Notes: a model not told the origin generated them from the sequence alone. A stretch of DNA of 64,000 nucleotides from Thermoproteota archaeon (GCA_027491915.1 JAOZGC010000004.1:64001-128000), one strand, 5' to 3'; shown: positions 27,204 to 38,117, counted from the stretch's first letter. Numbers and translations are program-made.

Positions 27204-29941
27204 TAAACCCTTTGCGCCCGGACCCGGCGGCGGGCGGGTGGAAGGGAGATCACCTCGTCGGCCGACTGCTCGAACTCCCCCGTGTGCGACACCACTATCA
27301 CCTGGGGCAGGTCCACCTCCCCGAGGAGCCCGACGAGCTCGGCCCTCCTGTCCTCGTCGAGGTGGATGGTGGGCTCGTCCAGCATCAACATCTCGATCCT
27401 CCCGCCGGACAGGGCGCGGGCCAGTCCCATCCTCAGGCTGAGGGCGACCGCGACGGCCTCTCCCCCGCTCAGCTCCGCCAGGTCGTAGGATTCACCCCTC
27501 CTGATCAGTCGGATCTCCCAATCGTCGCTCAGGGTCAGCCCGTCGCACTCTATCCCGAACTTCGAGAGGTACTCCCACGCGTGGGCCTCTACGATCGGCC
27601 TCACCCTCTCCCTCATGACCCTCTGAATCCCCTCCTTCCCGAAGGCCTGCTTGACGCGCTCCAGAATAGAGATGAATCTCTCCAGCCTCTCCGACTCTTC
27701 CCTCGCCTTCTCAGCCCCTTCCAACTCCCTGAGGATCTCCCCCTCCTCCCTCCTCATCCTCCCCAACTCTCCCTCGAGCCGCGCCAACTCCCTCTCAGCC
27801 CCCTCCAACCTACGCTCCAGGTCCTCCTCCCTGCTCCGGAGGTAGGATTCCTCAGATTCGTCGTACCCGATCGATCTCATCTCTCCCTCGAGCTCAACTT
27901 CCCTCTCCCTCATCCTCTCGATGTCCTCCCCGATGATCTCCGCCTCCCTCTGGAGGGACCGATACTCCTCTAGGATCTCGGAGATCTTGTCCAGCCTCTC
28001 CCTCGCCTCCTGGGCCTCCCTGTAGGCCGCCTCCAGGTCCTCCGGAACTGCGCCCACCGCCCCCATTATCAGCCCGACGACCACGTCCCTCTCCCTCTCC
28101 AGCTTCTCCCTCTCCCTCTCCAGCCTCTCCCTCTCCATCCTCCTGCTCTCCCCCTCCTCTTCCATCTCCTCTACCCTTCTCCTCAGATAGTTCAACTCTA
28201 CTTCCCTCTCCCGCAGCCTCTTCAGCTCCTCCTCTATCTCTGAGATGCGAGCTTCCATCCCGGACAACCTCTCCCTCTTAGATCCGAGCCGCGAGAGTCT
28301 CTCCCTGAGCTCCTCCACCTCGGACTCGACGGACGTCAAGTCGGCGATCCCGCTCTCGGCGCACGCCCTAACCACCCTCAGCAGGGTCTCCCTCCGCGCG
28401 CGCAGCTCCCCCATCCTCGCCACCGTGAGGGACAGCCTCTCCTCCAGGGAGGCAGCCTCCTCAGAGAGTTCCCTCCGCCTATCCTCATATTTCGATATCA
28501 ACATCCTCCTCTTCTCATCCTCCAACTTGGAGCCGCACAGGGGGCACTTTCCCTCAGCCCCCTCAAGCGAGGAGATCCACCCGTCGATCCTCCCTATCTC
28601 GGCCCTCGCCTCTCCGATCCTCCTCTCCAGGTCGGATCTCTCCCCCTCCAAGACGGCGATCTCCCTATCCGCGATTTCCAGGGCCTCGTTCACCTTCGAC
28701 AGGGCCCCGTCCGGGGACCTCAGGGTTATCCCGCCTCCGGCCGCGGCCTCGGAGATCTCGACCCAGGCGGCCCGGAGCCTCTCGGCCCTCCCCTCCAGCT
28801 CCCTCAGCCTGGACCTGACCTCCGGCTCCCCGCTCAACTCCGCCCTCAGGGAACCGACCTCCGACTCCAACCTCCCTTTCTCCTCCCTCAACGCCGAAAT
28901 GGCCTCCCTCAAGCTCGCCTCCTCCATCAGCCTCCCTCTATATTCTCTTAGCCTATCCTCCCACCTATCCAACTCCCGCAGCCTGCCGTCCAGCGCCTCC
29001 TCCCTGATCCTGATCTCTCTGAGTCGCCTTATCGGCTCCGCCGCCTCGGCCATCTTCCTGAGCTCGTCTCTCTCCTCCAAGTGTCCCGACAGCTCCCTCA
29101 TCCTCCGCCTTATCTCCCTCAGCCGCTCCTCTCGAGATGACCGGTCCCTCCTCAACCTGTCCAGTGAGGTGGAAACCGCCTCGTGGGCCGATCGCCTGCC
29201 CTCCACCTCCCTGAGCCTCTCCCTCACCGAAATCAATTCCCCCCTCAGCTTGGATATCTCTCCCCTGAGCTCCTCGGAGCGGGACTCTCCCTCCACGATC
29301 TCTCTCCTCAATCTGTCCAGCCTCTCCCTGAGCTCTGATGCTCTCTCTGCCCTGGCCGACGCCCTGGCCCTCCTCTCGCGATACCTGACCAGGGCCCCCT
29401 TGACCTCCCCCTCCAGGTGGGAGAACAGCTCGGAGCCGAGGAGCTTCGACACGACCTCCTTCCTCCTGGCGGGCGTTTCGTTCAGGAACCCGAGCATCTC
29501 GCCCTGCCTCACGTAGACCGCGTCCACGAAGGCGGTGGGGCCGACGCCGAGGATCCTCCGCATCTCCTCCGAGACGTCCCTCTGACCGAACTGGACCGGC
29601 CTGAACTCCCCCGACCCTCCCTCCCCCTCCTCCCACACCAGCAGCCTGGCCGAGGCCTGCCCGTCCCTGGTCCTCTCCCTGACGACCCTGTAGGTCCTCC
29701 CTCCCGCCTCGAACGTCAGGGAGACCCTCATCCTCTCGGCCCCCCTCCTTATGAGGGAGGCCATCCTGCCGGAGAAGAGCCCGGGGTATATCGCGTAGGC
29801 TATCCCGTCCAGCACGCCCGTCTTTCCGGATCCGTTAGGTCCCAGCAGCAGGATTACGCCGTCCCCGAACTCCAGGGAGATCCTCTCGTGAGATCTGAAG
29901 TTTTCCATGGAGAGGCCCCTCACCCTCACCCTCTCACCCAC
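27200..29941 (-). CDS. rad50: DNA double-strand break repair ATPase Rad50
   Basis: NFRSH, GPNGSGKT, Q-loop, coiled coils, Zn hook CPLCG, LSGGE, LDEPT, VSH. Confidence 0.95.
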   Translation of the reverse strand: MGERVRVRGLSMENFRSHERISLEFGDGVILLLGPNGSGKTGVLDGIAYAIYPGLFSGRMASLIRRGAERMRVSLTFEAGGRTYRVVRERTRDGQASARLLVWEEGEGGSGEFRPVQFGQRDVSEEMRRILGVGPTAFVDAVYVRQGEMLGFLNETPARRKEVVSKLLGSELFSHLEGEVKGALVRYRERRARASARAERASELRERLDRLRREIVEGESRSEELRGEISKLRGELISVRERLREVEGRRSAHEAVSTSLDRLRRDRSSREERLREIRRRMRELSGHLEERDELRKMAEAAEPIRRLREIRIREEALDGRLRELDRWEDRLREYRGRLMEEASLREAISALREEKGRLESEVGSLRAELSGEPEVRSRLRELEGRAERLRAAWVEISEAAAGGGITLRSPDGALSKVNEALEIADREIAVLEGERSDLERRIGEARAEIGRIDGWISSLEGAEGKCPLCGSKLEDEKRRMLISKYEDRRRELSEEAASLEERLSLTVARMGELRARRETLLRVVRACAESGIADLTSVESEVEELRERLSRLGSKRERLSGMEARISEIEEELKRLREREVELNYLRRRVEEMEEEGESRRMERERLEREREKLERERDVVVGLIMGAVGAVPEDLEAAYREAQEARERLDKISEILEEYRSLQREAEIIGEDIERMREREVELEGEMRSIGYDESEESYLRSREEDLERRLEGAERELARLEGELGRMRREEGEILRELEGAEKAREESERLERFISILERVKQAFGKEGIQRVMRERVRPIVEAHAWEYLSKFGIECDGLTLSDDWEIRLIRRGESYDLAELSGGEAVAVALSLRMGLARALSGGRIEMLMLDEPTIHLDEDRRAELVGLLGEVDLPQVIVVSHTGEFEQSADEVISLPPARRRVRAQRVY

Positions 29942-31122
29942 CTCGCGAACCAGCGATCTATCTCCTCCTGGATCTCCCCTCCCCTCTTTCCCTCGGAGGC
30001 CAGCCTGTAAATCTCCTTGGCCAGGGATGCCGCGTCTCCTTCGAGCATCTCCTCGAGGATCTCCTCCGGAGATACGGAGGAGACGGCCTCCCCGACAGTC
30101 CTCCCCCCGACGCCCTCCGCGGTCACGTGGATCCTCAGGACCCTGTCCCCCAATTCGTCGCCCAGTTTCCTCTCGAACCTCCTGAGCTCCTCGGGCGAGC
30201 CCCTGAACCTGAGCCTTATCCTGACCATCGGCCTCTTGCTGCCGCCGGCGGCGTCCAGTTCTGATAGCACCCTCTCTCGGATCCGCTCCAGATCCCCCTC
30301 GGATTCCGCGTCATCTCTCACCAACACGAACGGCCTGACGGACCTCAGATCCCACTTCTCCATTCTGATCTCCCCCCCCTCTTCCATCTCAACCGAGAAG
30401 AAACCCTTCCCGTTCACCTTGGCGCGGGGGATCTCCCTCTCCTCCACTATCTCGGTCGATCCGGCGTACACCACGGGCCCCCTCAGCACCTCCCCCGCTG
30501 GGATCGTCCTGTCGTGGACGTGACCCAGGGCGACGTAGTCGAACCCCAGGGCCGCCACGTCCCTGCGCCTCAGCTCAGCCCTGAAACGGGGCACGGCCGG
30601 CTCTACCGCCTGGTGGAGCACCAGCACGGATCTCCCGCCGCGCCTCCTCCTCTCCCCGCCCAGGGCCCTCAGCGCCCTCCTCAGGTCCGGCGCCTCCTGC
30701 CTCGGGGTGTAAGGGAGGCCCGCGATCAGGACGTCCCCCTCCTCCATCAGGGGCCTGTGATACCCGAGGTCCACGAACCACCCGTCCAGGGCGGCGGCCA
30801 GGAGCGGGAGCTGGGATCCCCTGCCGCCCCCCGGTCTGGGCCCGAGGTCGTGATTTCCCGCGACGCAGTAGACCCTGATGCCGGCCTCCGCCAGCCTCCT
30901 CAGCCCCTGGAAGGCAACGAGCATGACGTGGGGATACGGCCTGTGAGAATCGAACAGGTCGCCCGAGTGGACGACGAAGTCCGGTCTTATCTCCAGGGTC
31001 TTCTCGACGAACTCCTGGAACGCCTCGGCGAAATCCGCCTCCCTCTCGATCAGACCGTACTGCCTCCTCCCAAGGTGGTTGTCGGCGACGTGGACGAACC
31101 TGGCCAGGGTCACCGCGATCAC
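29926..31122 (-). CDS. mre11: DNA repair nuclease Mre11
   Basis: HVADNHLG, HSGDLFD, GNHD, LHQ, YVALGHVH, YAGS; GTG start overlapping herA stop. Confidence 0.93.
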   Translation of the reverse strand: MIAVTLARFVHVADNHLGRRQYGLIEREADFAEAFQEFVEKTLEIRPDFVVHSGDLFDSHRPYPHVMLVAFQGLRRLAEAGIRVYCVAGNHDLGPRPGGGRGSQLPLLAAALDGWFVDLGYHRPLMEEGDVLIAGLPYTPRQEAPDLRRALRALGGERRRRGGRSVLVLHQAVEPAVPRFRAELRRRDVAALGFDYVALGHVHDRTIPAGEVLRGPVVYAGSTEIVEEREIPRAKVNGKGFFSVEMEEGGEIRMEKWDLRSVRPFVLVRDDAESEGDLERIRERVLSELDAAGGSKRPMVRIRLRFRGSPEELRRFERKLGDELGDRVLRIHVTAEGVGGRTVGEAVSSVSPEEILEEMLEGDAASLAKEIYRLASEGKRGGEIQEEIDRWFARWVRG

Positions 31123-32753
31123 CTCACGACCGACCCGTACCCCCTCCGGGGCCACCCTTCCCCAGCGCCCCCACTCCTCCCCCTCTCCCACATGTCGACG
31201 GCCCTGGGGGTCGCTCCTCCCCTCTTCCCGCGGAACTCGTCGACCCTGACCATGGCCGGCACCCTCACCATGGGGCCCACCACCACGGCCTCCCCCACGT
31301 TCAGCGACGGGAGGTAGGAGACCAGGTCCTCACTCAGGAACTCCGTCGCCCGCCTGACGTAGCTCTGATCGTCCGGCTCAACTATCCTGAGTATCACCTT
31401 GTTGACCATCTGGGACAGGACGTCCTGATCCAATCTCTTCGGCCTCTGACTCACGAGGCACAGCCCGACGCCGAATTTCCTACCCTCCCTGGCTATCCTC
31501 GAGGCCGCGAACCCGGTGTACGTTCCCCCCGCCCTAGGCACCAGGAGGTGGGCCTCCTCGAGGAAGAGCATGGCGGGTAGGGGGAGCTCCCCCCCATCCC
31601 TCCCGCCGGCGACGGCGGCCCTGGCCCTGGAGAGGAGCCTCATCATCGAGTGGCCGACCAAGACGTCTGCGGCGTCCAGACCAAGCGATCCCAGGTCCAC
31701 CACCACGGCCCTGCCGTAGTCTATGAGGTCCGCCAGGTCGGCGACCTGGGTAACGAGGATCCTTCCGTACGCGTCTCTGATCCGCTCCATCCTCGCTATC
31801 AGCCCGTAGACGCTGGACTTGGCGTCCCTGTCTACCGCGACGTCGACCCCGGGGAAGCTGGCCAGCCTCCTCCCCTCCGCGGCGGCCTCCGCCACCCCGT
31901 AGAGCATGGAGAGCATCCCGTCCAGCACGCTGTCCGGATTGGCCCCGTCTATCCCGGAGTCCGCCACGACCTCCGCCAGGCGGCCCTCCCCCCTGAGCTT
32001 CCTGGCCCCCTTCCACACCCTGGAGAGGTATATGTACTGTCTCGGGGCCGTGTCGTACGAGATCCCGAGGAGCTGGGCGATCTCACCCAGGCTGAGTAGG
32101 TTGACGTTTATCACCGGGTCCACCCGGAGGACCTCCCCGGACCCCGTGAGCTCCAGGTCCCCGTACTCGGAGTGCAGGTCGAATATCGCGACCACACCTC
32201 CCAGGTCCAGCAGCCTGTCGACCAGCACCGCCACGGTGTTGGACTTGCCCGCTCCCGTGACCGCCAGTATCGCCAGGTGCCTCGAGACCAACTCGTTTGG
32301 GTCCAGGCTGACCCTCACATCGTCCCTGGTGAGCAGCCTCCCTATCTCCACCCCCCGGCCGTGGTCCGGCACGAAGAGGGAACGCAGCGCCTCCCTGGGC
32401 GCCCTGAACACCCCGGCCCCCGACGGCGGGGGGACCCTTGGGAGGCTCAACCTGATCCCTCCTCCCCCCTCCTCGACGACTCCCAAGAGCTTCACCGTGG
32501 CCCTGGACCACTCCCTGGGCTCGCCCACCAACCTGATTATCTTGTCCGCGTCGTCCGCCGACACTATGTCCCGGCCGGTGAGCTCCCTGCTCCCCCTCTC
32601 CACGTGGGTTATCATGCCCAGGACCCACCTGCCCTCCCCGAGGGCCACCGAGACGTAGTCCCCTATCATCGGGAAGACCCCCTCGGCCGCGACGAACTCC
32701 ACCCGGTACGGGGTGGTCACCTCCACCACCGTGCCCAGCCTCTCCGCGATCAC
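31119..32753 (-). CDS. herA: Bipolar DNA helicase HerA
   Basis: HAS barrel, RHLAILAVTGAGKS, D.HSEY, EEAH, IAREGRKFG..SQRP. Confidence 0.95.
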   Translation of the reverse strand: MIAERLGTVVEVTTPYRVEFVAAEGVFPMIGDYVSVALGEGRWVLGMITHVERGSRELTGRDIVSADDADKIIRLVGEPREWSRATVKLLGVVEEGGGGIRLSLPRVPPPSGAGVFRAPREALRSLFVPDHGRGVEIGRLLTRDDVRVSLDPNELVSRHLAILAVTGAGKSNTVAVLVDRLLDLGGVVAIFDLHSEYGDLELTGSGEVLRVDPVINVNLLSLGEIAQLLGISYDTAPRQYIYLSRVWKGARKLRGEGRLAEVVADSGIDGANPDSVLDGMLSMLYGVAEAAAEGRRLASFPGVDVAVDRDAKSSVYGLIARMERIRDAYGRILVTQVADLADLIDYGRAVVVDLGSLGLDAADVLVGHSMMRLLSRARAAVAGGRDGGELPLPAMLFLEEAHLLVPRAGGTYTGFAASRIAREGRKFGVGLCLVSQRPKRLDQDVLSQMVNKVILRIVEPDDQSYVRRATEFLSEDLVSYLPSLNVGEAVVVGPMVRVPAMVRVDEFRGKRGGATPRAVDMWERGRSGGAGEGWPRRGYGSVVR

Positions 32754-33937
32754 TCCCCCAACGCCTCCCTCCCGGTGGAATCGGGCAGCAGGTCCAGAAC
32801 CGATATCACGGCCCTGACGTGATCCCTGGTCACCTTGGCCAGCTCGTGGGCCCTCCTCAGCGGGTAGGGGTAGCCAGAGACGGAAACCCCGTCCAGGACG
32901 GCCAGAACATCCTCCAGGTCTGGCCCGCCGCCGTCCGAGAGGACCTCCAGCTTCACCGGGGTGATCCCCCTGGAGAACCTGACGTAGGTCACCGTCAGCT
33001 CGAGGTTCGCCGGCAGCCTGAGACCCACCCCCCTGGCCACCTCCTCCATGCTAGGGTGGACGGACAGCGGGAAGCTCCTCGGCTCCGTGTACCCCTCGCC
33101 CCTGGTCAGCCAGTGGACTAGGGTCAGGTCCGGAATCCCGGCGCCGGCCAGGATCCTGGAGGACGACGTCTTCGACACGCCCACCATGGTGGATCCCGTC
33201 TCCAGGGCCTCCCCTATCATCTTCAGGACCGAGGCACCCTGCTCCAACCTCTCGACCATGGAGATGGCCAGGGAAGTCCTCCTGTCCCCCAGAAGCCCGC
33301 CGCCCTCGGCCAGTTCGATCAGGTCTCCCGCTATGGCCAACTTCTCTTCCTCGGCCCCCGGATCAGCGGTGATCACCTCCAGGGATTCCAGACACCTTTT
33401 CTTGGAGCACAGATCCAAGAAATTCTTCACTATCCTTTCCCTGGCGCGCTCCGGCAGCTCCTCCCTTCTGACCGGGACCGCCGCGTAGAAGAGGGGCTCG
33501 TGGGATAGCAGGACGTCTATCGACCCGTCCAGCAGGACCACGTCCGGCCTGAGGCTCCTGATCAGGAAGTATGTGGTCTTCGCCTCCAGGGTCTCCCTGT
33601 ATATCCTGATCCTGTCCTCGGCCTTGAACAGGTCCACCACGCCCACCTGATAAGTCCTGTGCTCGACGAACTTCTCCCCTGAGAAGGCCCCCGCCCCGCT
33701 CAGGACGAAGATCTTCTGACCCAGACCTACCTGTACGGAGTTGCTGCTCCCGTCCACGGCCAGTATCCCCCCTCCACCGAGATCGCCGCGGGACGGGATG
33801 CCACTCCTCCAGGCTGAGGCGATCCCACCGCCTATCTCCGCGGGGACGAGGTTCCTTATGTACGGCCTGATCTTGAGGGCCGCCTCCCTCACGTCCTCCA
33901 CCGCTGGGAGGACCCTCTCCGGAAGCATCCCTCCCAT
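32750..33937 (-). CDS. nurA: 5'-3' nuclease NurA
   Basis: AVDGS, LLDGS, VSK.S, GYPYPL..AH; operon with herA-mre11-rad50. Confidence 0.92.
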   Translation of the reverse strand: MGGMLPERVLPAVEDVREAALKIRPYIRNLVPAEIGGGIASAWRSGIPSRGDLGGGGILAVDGSSNSVQVGLGQKIFVLSGAGAFSGEKFVEHRTYQVGVVDLFKAEDRIRIYRETLEAKTTYFLIRSLRPDVVLLDGSIDVLLSHEPLFYAAVPVRREELPERARERIVKNFLDLCSKKRCLESLEVITADPGAEEEKLAIAGDLIELAEGGGLLGDRRTSLAISMVERLEQGASVLKMIGEALETGSTMVGVSKTSSSRILAGAGIPDLTLVHWLTRGEGYTEPRSFPLSVHPSMEEVARGVGLRLPANLELTVTYVRFSRGITPVKLEVLSDGGGPDLEDVLAVLDGVSVSGYPYPLRRAHELAKVTRDHVRAVISVLDLLPDSTGREALGE

Positions 33938-33988
33938 CCCGCCCGGCGAAATTTAAGGGGTTGCGGGACCTCCGGCGGTCGATCGGAG

Positions 33989-35374
33989 TTGGACGAGAGG
34001 ATAGGCGCCTTCTTCCGGCCGAGGTCTGTGGCGGTCGTGGGAGCCTCCTCAAACCCGGAGAAGCTCGGCGGGGTGATCCTGAGGCAGCTGGCCTCCGGGT
34101 TCAAGGGCGAGGTTTACGCGGTAAACCCGAGGTACGATCGCATAGACGGGATTCCCTGCTATCGGAGCGTGGGAGACATCCCAGGGAGGGTTGACCTCGC
34201 GGTGATCGCGGTCAGAGCCGAGCTCACGCCCCGACTGGTGGAGGAGTGCGGCGAGGCGGGGGTCATGGGCGCCATAGTGATAGCCGGGGGATTCTCCGAG
34301 GTCGGCAGGAGGGACTTGGAGGAGGAGCTCGCCGCCTCTGCCCGGCGATCTGGGGTCAGGCTCCTGGGGCCGAACTGCATGGGGGTCTACGCCCCGTCCA
34401 CCGGCCTGGACACCCTCTTCACGCCCTCTAACCTCCTCCCGAGACCGGCCAGCGGCAACGTGGCCGTCCTAACTCAGAGCGGGAGCTTCGGCGGTATCGC
34501 CATGGCCATGATGGCCAGGGAGGGGATCGGGATGTCCTACTTCGTCAGCTACGGGAACAGGGCCGACGTGGACGAGGCCGACCTGATAGACTACCTGGCG
34601 GTGGACCCGGAGACCAGGGTGATTGCCGTCTACCTGGAGGGCCTGGCCGACGGCCGGAGGTTCATGGAGTCGGTGGCCAGGGTGGGCTCCGAGAAACCCG
34701 TCCTGGTCTTCAAGGCCGGGACCACCGAGGCCGGCCGCAGGGCCGCGGCCAGCCACACCGGGTCGCTGGCCGGCTCTGACCTGGTCTACGAGGGGGCGCT
34801 GAGGCAGGTGGGGGCCATCAGGGCCAGGACCACGGAGGAGTTCCTGGACCTGGGCAAGGCCCTCTCCACCCAGCCGCCGTCCCACGGCCCGAACGTCGGC
34901 GTAATAACGAACGGCGGGGGGTACGGGGTCGTGGCGGTGGATTCCCTCGTCAGGGCTGGTCTGAGGGTTCCCCCCGTCGGGGGAGAGCTCAGGGCCAGGC
35001 TGTCCCGGGAGCTCCCCCCATTCTATCCGATCGGGAATCCCATAGACCTGACGGGGAACTCGACCGCCGACCAGTACGAGAGGGCCGTGAGAGCCTTCAT
35101 GGAGGACGAGCTGTACCACGCCCTGATGGTGATCCCCCTCTTCTCGGTTCCCGCCCTGGACCCGCGCGAGACCGTCGACGTCCTCCTGTCGGCGTCCGAG
35201 GACTACCGAAAGCCCATGGTGGTCGTGTCGGTCGACGTCACGGCCGAGGTTTCGAGCCAGCTCGGCCGCCTGGAGAGGGGAGGGATACCGGTCTACGGGA
35301 CCCCGGAGAGGGCGGCCGTCGCCCTGGCCGCCCTGCACCGGAGGGCCCGCGCCTCTAGGCCGTGGCCGCCGTGA
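33989..35374 (+). CDS. Acyl-CoA synthetase (ADP-forming), alpha subunit
   Basis: P.SVAVVGAS, GPNCMG, QSG, SYGN.ADV, phospho-His SHTGSLAG, NPIDLTG. Confidence 0.92.
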   Translation: MDERIGAFFRPRSVAVVGASSNPEKLGGVILRQLASGFKGEVYAVNPRYDRIDGIPCYRSVGDIPGRVDLAVIAVRAELTPRLVEECGEAGVMGAIVIAGGFSEVGRRDLEEELAASARRSGVRLLGPNCMGVYAPSTGLDTLFTPSNLLPRPASGNVAVLTQSGSFGGIAMAMMAREGIGMSYFVSYGNRADVDEADLIDYLAVDPETRVIAVYLEGLADGRRFMESVARVGSEKPVLVFKAGTTEAGRRAAASHTGSLAGSDLVYEGALRQVGAIRARTTEEFLDLGKALSTQPPSHGPNVGVITNGGGYGVVAVDSLVRAGLRVPPVGGELRARLSRELPPFYPIGNPIDLTGNSTADQYERAVRAFMEDELYHALMVIPLFSVPALDPRETVDVLLSASEDYRKPMVVVSVDVTAEVSSQLGRLERGGIPVYGTPERAAVALAALHRRARASRPWPP

Positions 35375-36707
35375 ATCCCACTTCCCCCACGGCCATCATG
35401 GGGGTCGTCACCGACGGCCCCCACTCCGTCCACCAGTGCACGACCTGCCTCGACTCCCTGGTGAGTCCCCGAACCGATTCCAACATCCGCAGGACGTTGT
35501 CGCTGAGCCTCAGCCCGCGGACGGCGGCGATGGGCTCTCCCCCCCTTATCAGGAACACCCCATCCCTTATCACCGCGGAGAAGTCGCCGGACAGGTAGTT
35601 CTGGAAGCGGAGGTAGGTGACGTTCTTCACCAGCAGGCCTCCCTCGGCCTCCTCCAGCAGCTCGTCCTCGGAGAGGTCCCCGGGGTCGAGGGTCAGGTGC
35701 CAGGCCCTGGGGAAGACCCAGCCGGCGTTCCCGGTGGACCTGGTCCCGAACATCCTCGCCGTTATCCTGTTGTGCAGGTAGGTCTTCAGCACCCCCTCCT
35801 CGAATATGACGTTCCTCCTGGTGGGGTACCCCTCCAGATCGAAGGACCTGGCCCCGTAGTTCCCGTCGCCGACCGGGTCGTCCGCCAGGTTGACCAGGTC
35901 GCTCCCCACCTTGGTCCCTAGCCTGTCGGCGTAGGGGGACATCTGGCTGACCACCCTCATCGCGGACGCCATGGATCCGAACACCCCGAGCAGGGTCGCC
36001 ATTGCGCTCCACCCGAACACGGCGCCGCGCCTCCCGGGGCCCACCTTCTCCACCCCCTTGGACGACAGAAGGGCGTCCTCCCCGGCCTCCTCACCGACCC
36101 TCTCCGGATCTATCCCGTCCAGACTCCTGGAGCACGTCGCGCCGTGCCCGGTCGACTGAGGGTCGACGAAGGCCCTGGCCTCGAGCTGAATCCTGGTCTC
36201 CCTCTCGCACACCCTGACCCCGCCGGTGGTCAGCAGACACTCGTGTCCGGCCTCGGCCATCAGGGACCCCGCCACCCTCTTGGCCCCCGCCCTGCGGGCC
36301 GATCCAATGGCCGTCTCGACGGCCTCGACGAGGGCCGATCCTGGGTCCTCCAACTTCGGATCGTAGAGCCCTCCTATGTTGGGGTAATCGAAGGGGCCGT
36401 CCGGCAGGGGCGCGTAGACCCGCCTCTCGGGCAGCCTCTCGAGCCTCTCCACCGCGGCCCTCAGGAAGGACCTGAGTCCCCCCTCCCTCAGGTCGCTCGT
36501 CTCGAGCACCGTCACCCTCCTCCCCTTGACCACCTGTAGGGTCATGCTCGTCTCCATCCACGTCTTGACCACGTCTATCTCGTTGTTCGAGTACCTGACC
36601 TGCCTCCTCCTGCCGGAGGTCACCAGGACCGCGGCCTCCTCGACGCCCAGGGATTCCAGGATGTCCAGGGCCTGCTCGGCCACCGCCTCGCTTCTCTCGT
36701 GGAACAC
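35355..36707 (-). CDS. TldE/PmbA family protein
   Basis: FDLEGYPT, I.EGVLK.YLHN, STGNAG, GDFS, LRLSDN. Confidence 0.9.
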   Translation of the reverse strand: MFHERSEAVAEQALDILESLGVEEAAVLVTSGRRRQVRYSNNEIDVVKTWMETSMTLQVVKGRRVTVLETSDLREGGLRSFLRAAVERLERLPERRVYAPLPDGPFDYPNIGGLYDPKLEDPGSALVEAVETAIGSARRAGAKRVAGSLMAEAGHECLLTTGGVRVCERETRIQLEARAFVDPQSTGHGATCSRSLDGIDPERVGEEAGEDALLSSKGVEKVGPGRRGAVFGWSAMATLLGVFGSMASAMRVVSQMSPYADRLGTKVGSDLVNLADDPVGDGNYGARSFDLEGYPTRRNVIFEEGVLKTYLHNRITARMFGTRSTGNAGWVFPRAWHLTLDPGDLSEDELLEEAEGGLLVKNVTYLRFQNYLSGDFSAVIRDGVFLIRGGEPIAAVRGLRLSDNVLRMLESVRGLTRESRQVVHWWTEWGPSVTTPMMAVGEVGFTAATA

Positions 36708-38117
36708 TCATATCCCCCCCAGCCCCACCCCCCTGAGCCTGAGGGTCGGCCCCCCGGTCCACACCGGGACCCCCTGGCCGGGATCCCCCTTGCCGCAGGT
36801 CGCGGCCTCGAACTCAAGGTCCCTCCCGATCCCGTCGACGCTGGAGTAGAATCCCGGGGTCGTGACCTCCAGGACCGGCCTGAGGACCGGCCCCGCCAAC
36901 CTGCCGCCCCTGATCAGGTAGGCCTCCGACCCGACGTACCTCTGGTTGAACCTCCTGTCGTCTATGTTCCACTCCATGAACCTCTTCATGTAGACCCCCT
37001 CCGACACTCCCTCTATCAGCTCCTCGGGGGTCTCGTCCCCGGGCGCTATGTAGGTGTTGGCCATCCTGACTATCGGCTCCCTGTCGTACCTGGAGGCCCT
37101 GGCCGCGGCGTTGCTCCTCACGCCGAAGACGCTGGCGGTCTCCCTGTTGTGGAGGAACTCGTTGATCAGACCCTCCTTCATCAGGAACCTGGGGCGCGCC
37201 CTCACACCCTCCCAGTCGTAGAGGTAGAAGCCGTAGCTTCCCTCAAGGGTCGGGTCGTCCACCACGCTGACCACCTCCGACCCTATCCTCTCCCCCAGCA
37301 TGTCTGGCCTCACGAAGGACTCCCCAGCCTGGGCGGCCTCCCTGCCGAGCACCCTGTCGGCCTCGTAGGGGTGACCGGTTGACTCGTGCGCCACGAGGCC
37401 GGACACGGACGGCCCTATCACCACATCCATCTTCCCCCTGGGGGCCGGAACGCCCTTCTCCAACCTCTCCTTCATGCTCTCGGCCATCCCCTCAAGCTCG
37501 GCCAGCAGGCCCCACCCGGACAGGATCTCCCACCCGCCGCTCCCCCCGCGCGACACCCTGTCCTGGGTGGATCTAGCCCCGTCGACCAGGGTCAGCGTCG
37601 CCGTGGAGGAGATCCTGGTCACGTCCCCTCTCACCTCCAATCCCTCTGAGGTCCGGATGAGCACCACCTGCCTGGAGTCCTCCAGCATGAGGGATCTAGC
37701 CGTTATCCCCATCTCTGCCATCCTCTCGTCAATCTGACGCAGGAACTCAATCTTCTCATCCAGCGGAACGTCTCTAGGATCCCTGACCACCCTCGAACTG
37801 TAAGAGTCCCTGACCGGCTCCTCCCGACTCAACCTCGTCCTGCCGCCTCCGCCGGCCGCCCCGGCGACGGCCTCCTCCACGACCTCCGCCCCGGTCTCCG
37901 CGTCGTTGGTGGACGCGAACCCCATTCTCCCGTTCGATATCACCCTCACCGACCCGCCGGCGGAGGACTCCATACCAAAAGCCTCCAGAACCCCATTCCT
38001 CATCCAGAGGATGCTGCTCTCGTCGATCTGCACCCTCACCTCGTAGTACCTCAGCCCCCTGCCCTCGGCCGCCTCGACCATGCGGTCCGCCAGCCGCGCG
38101 AAATCTCCGATCCCCAT
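36708..38117 (-). CDS. TldD family metalloprotease
   Basis: HESTGHPYEAD, DDPT..G.YG.Y.YD.EG, RMANT, CGKG.P.Q; start reassigned to ATG 38117. Confidence 0.92.
   Translation of the reverse strand: MGIGDFARLADRMVEAAEGRGLRYYEVRVQIDESSILWMRNGVLEAFGMESSAGGSVRVISNGRMGFASTNDAETGAEVVEEAVAGAAGGGGRTRLSREEPVRDSYSSRVVRDPRDVPLDEKIEFLRQIDERMAEMGITARSLMLEDSRQVVLIRTSEGLEVRGDVTRISSTATLTLVDGARSTQDRVSRGGSGGWEILSGWGLLAELEGMAESMKERLEKGVPAPRGKMDVVIGPSVSGLVAHESTGHPYEADRVLGREAAQAGESFVRPDMLGERIGSEVVSVVDDPTLEGSYGFYLYDWEGVRARPRFLMKEGLINEFLHNRETASVFGVRSNAAARASRYDREPIVRMANTYIAPGDETPEELIEGVSEGVYMKRFMEWNIDDRRFNQRYVGSEAYLIRGGRLAGPVLRPVLEVTTPGFYSSVDGIGRDLEFEAATCGKGDPGQGVPVWTGGPTLRLRGVGLGGI

Noticed and set aside
27700-29400. 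Extended CT-rich repetitive tract
   Set aside because: It is the reverse complement of Glu/Arg-rich Rad50 coiled-coil codons.
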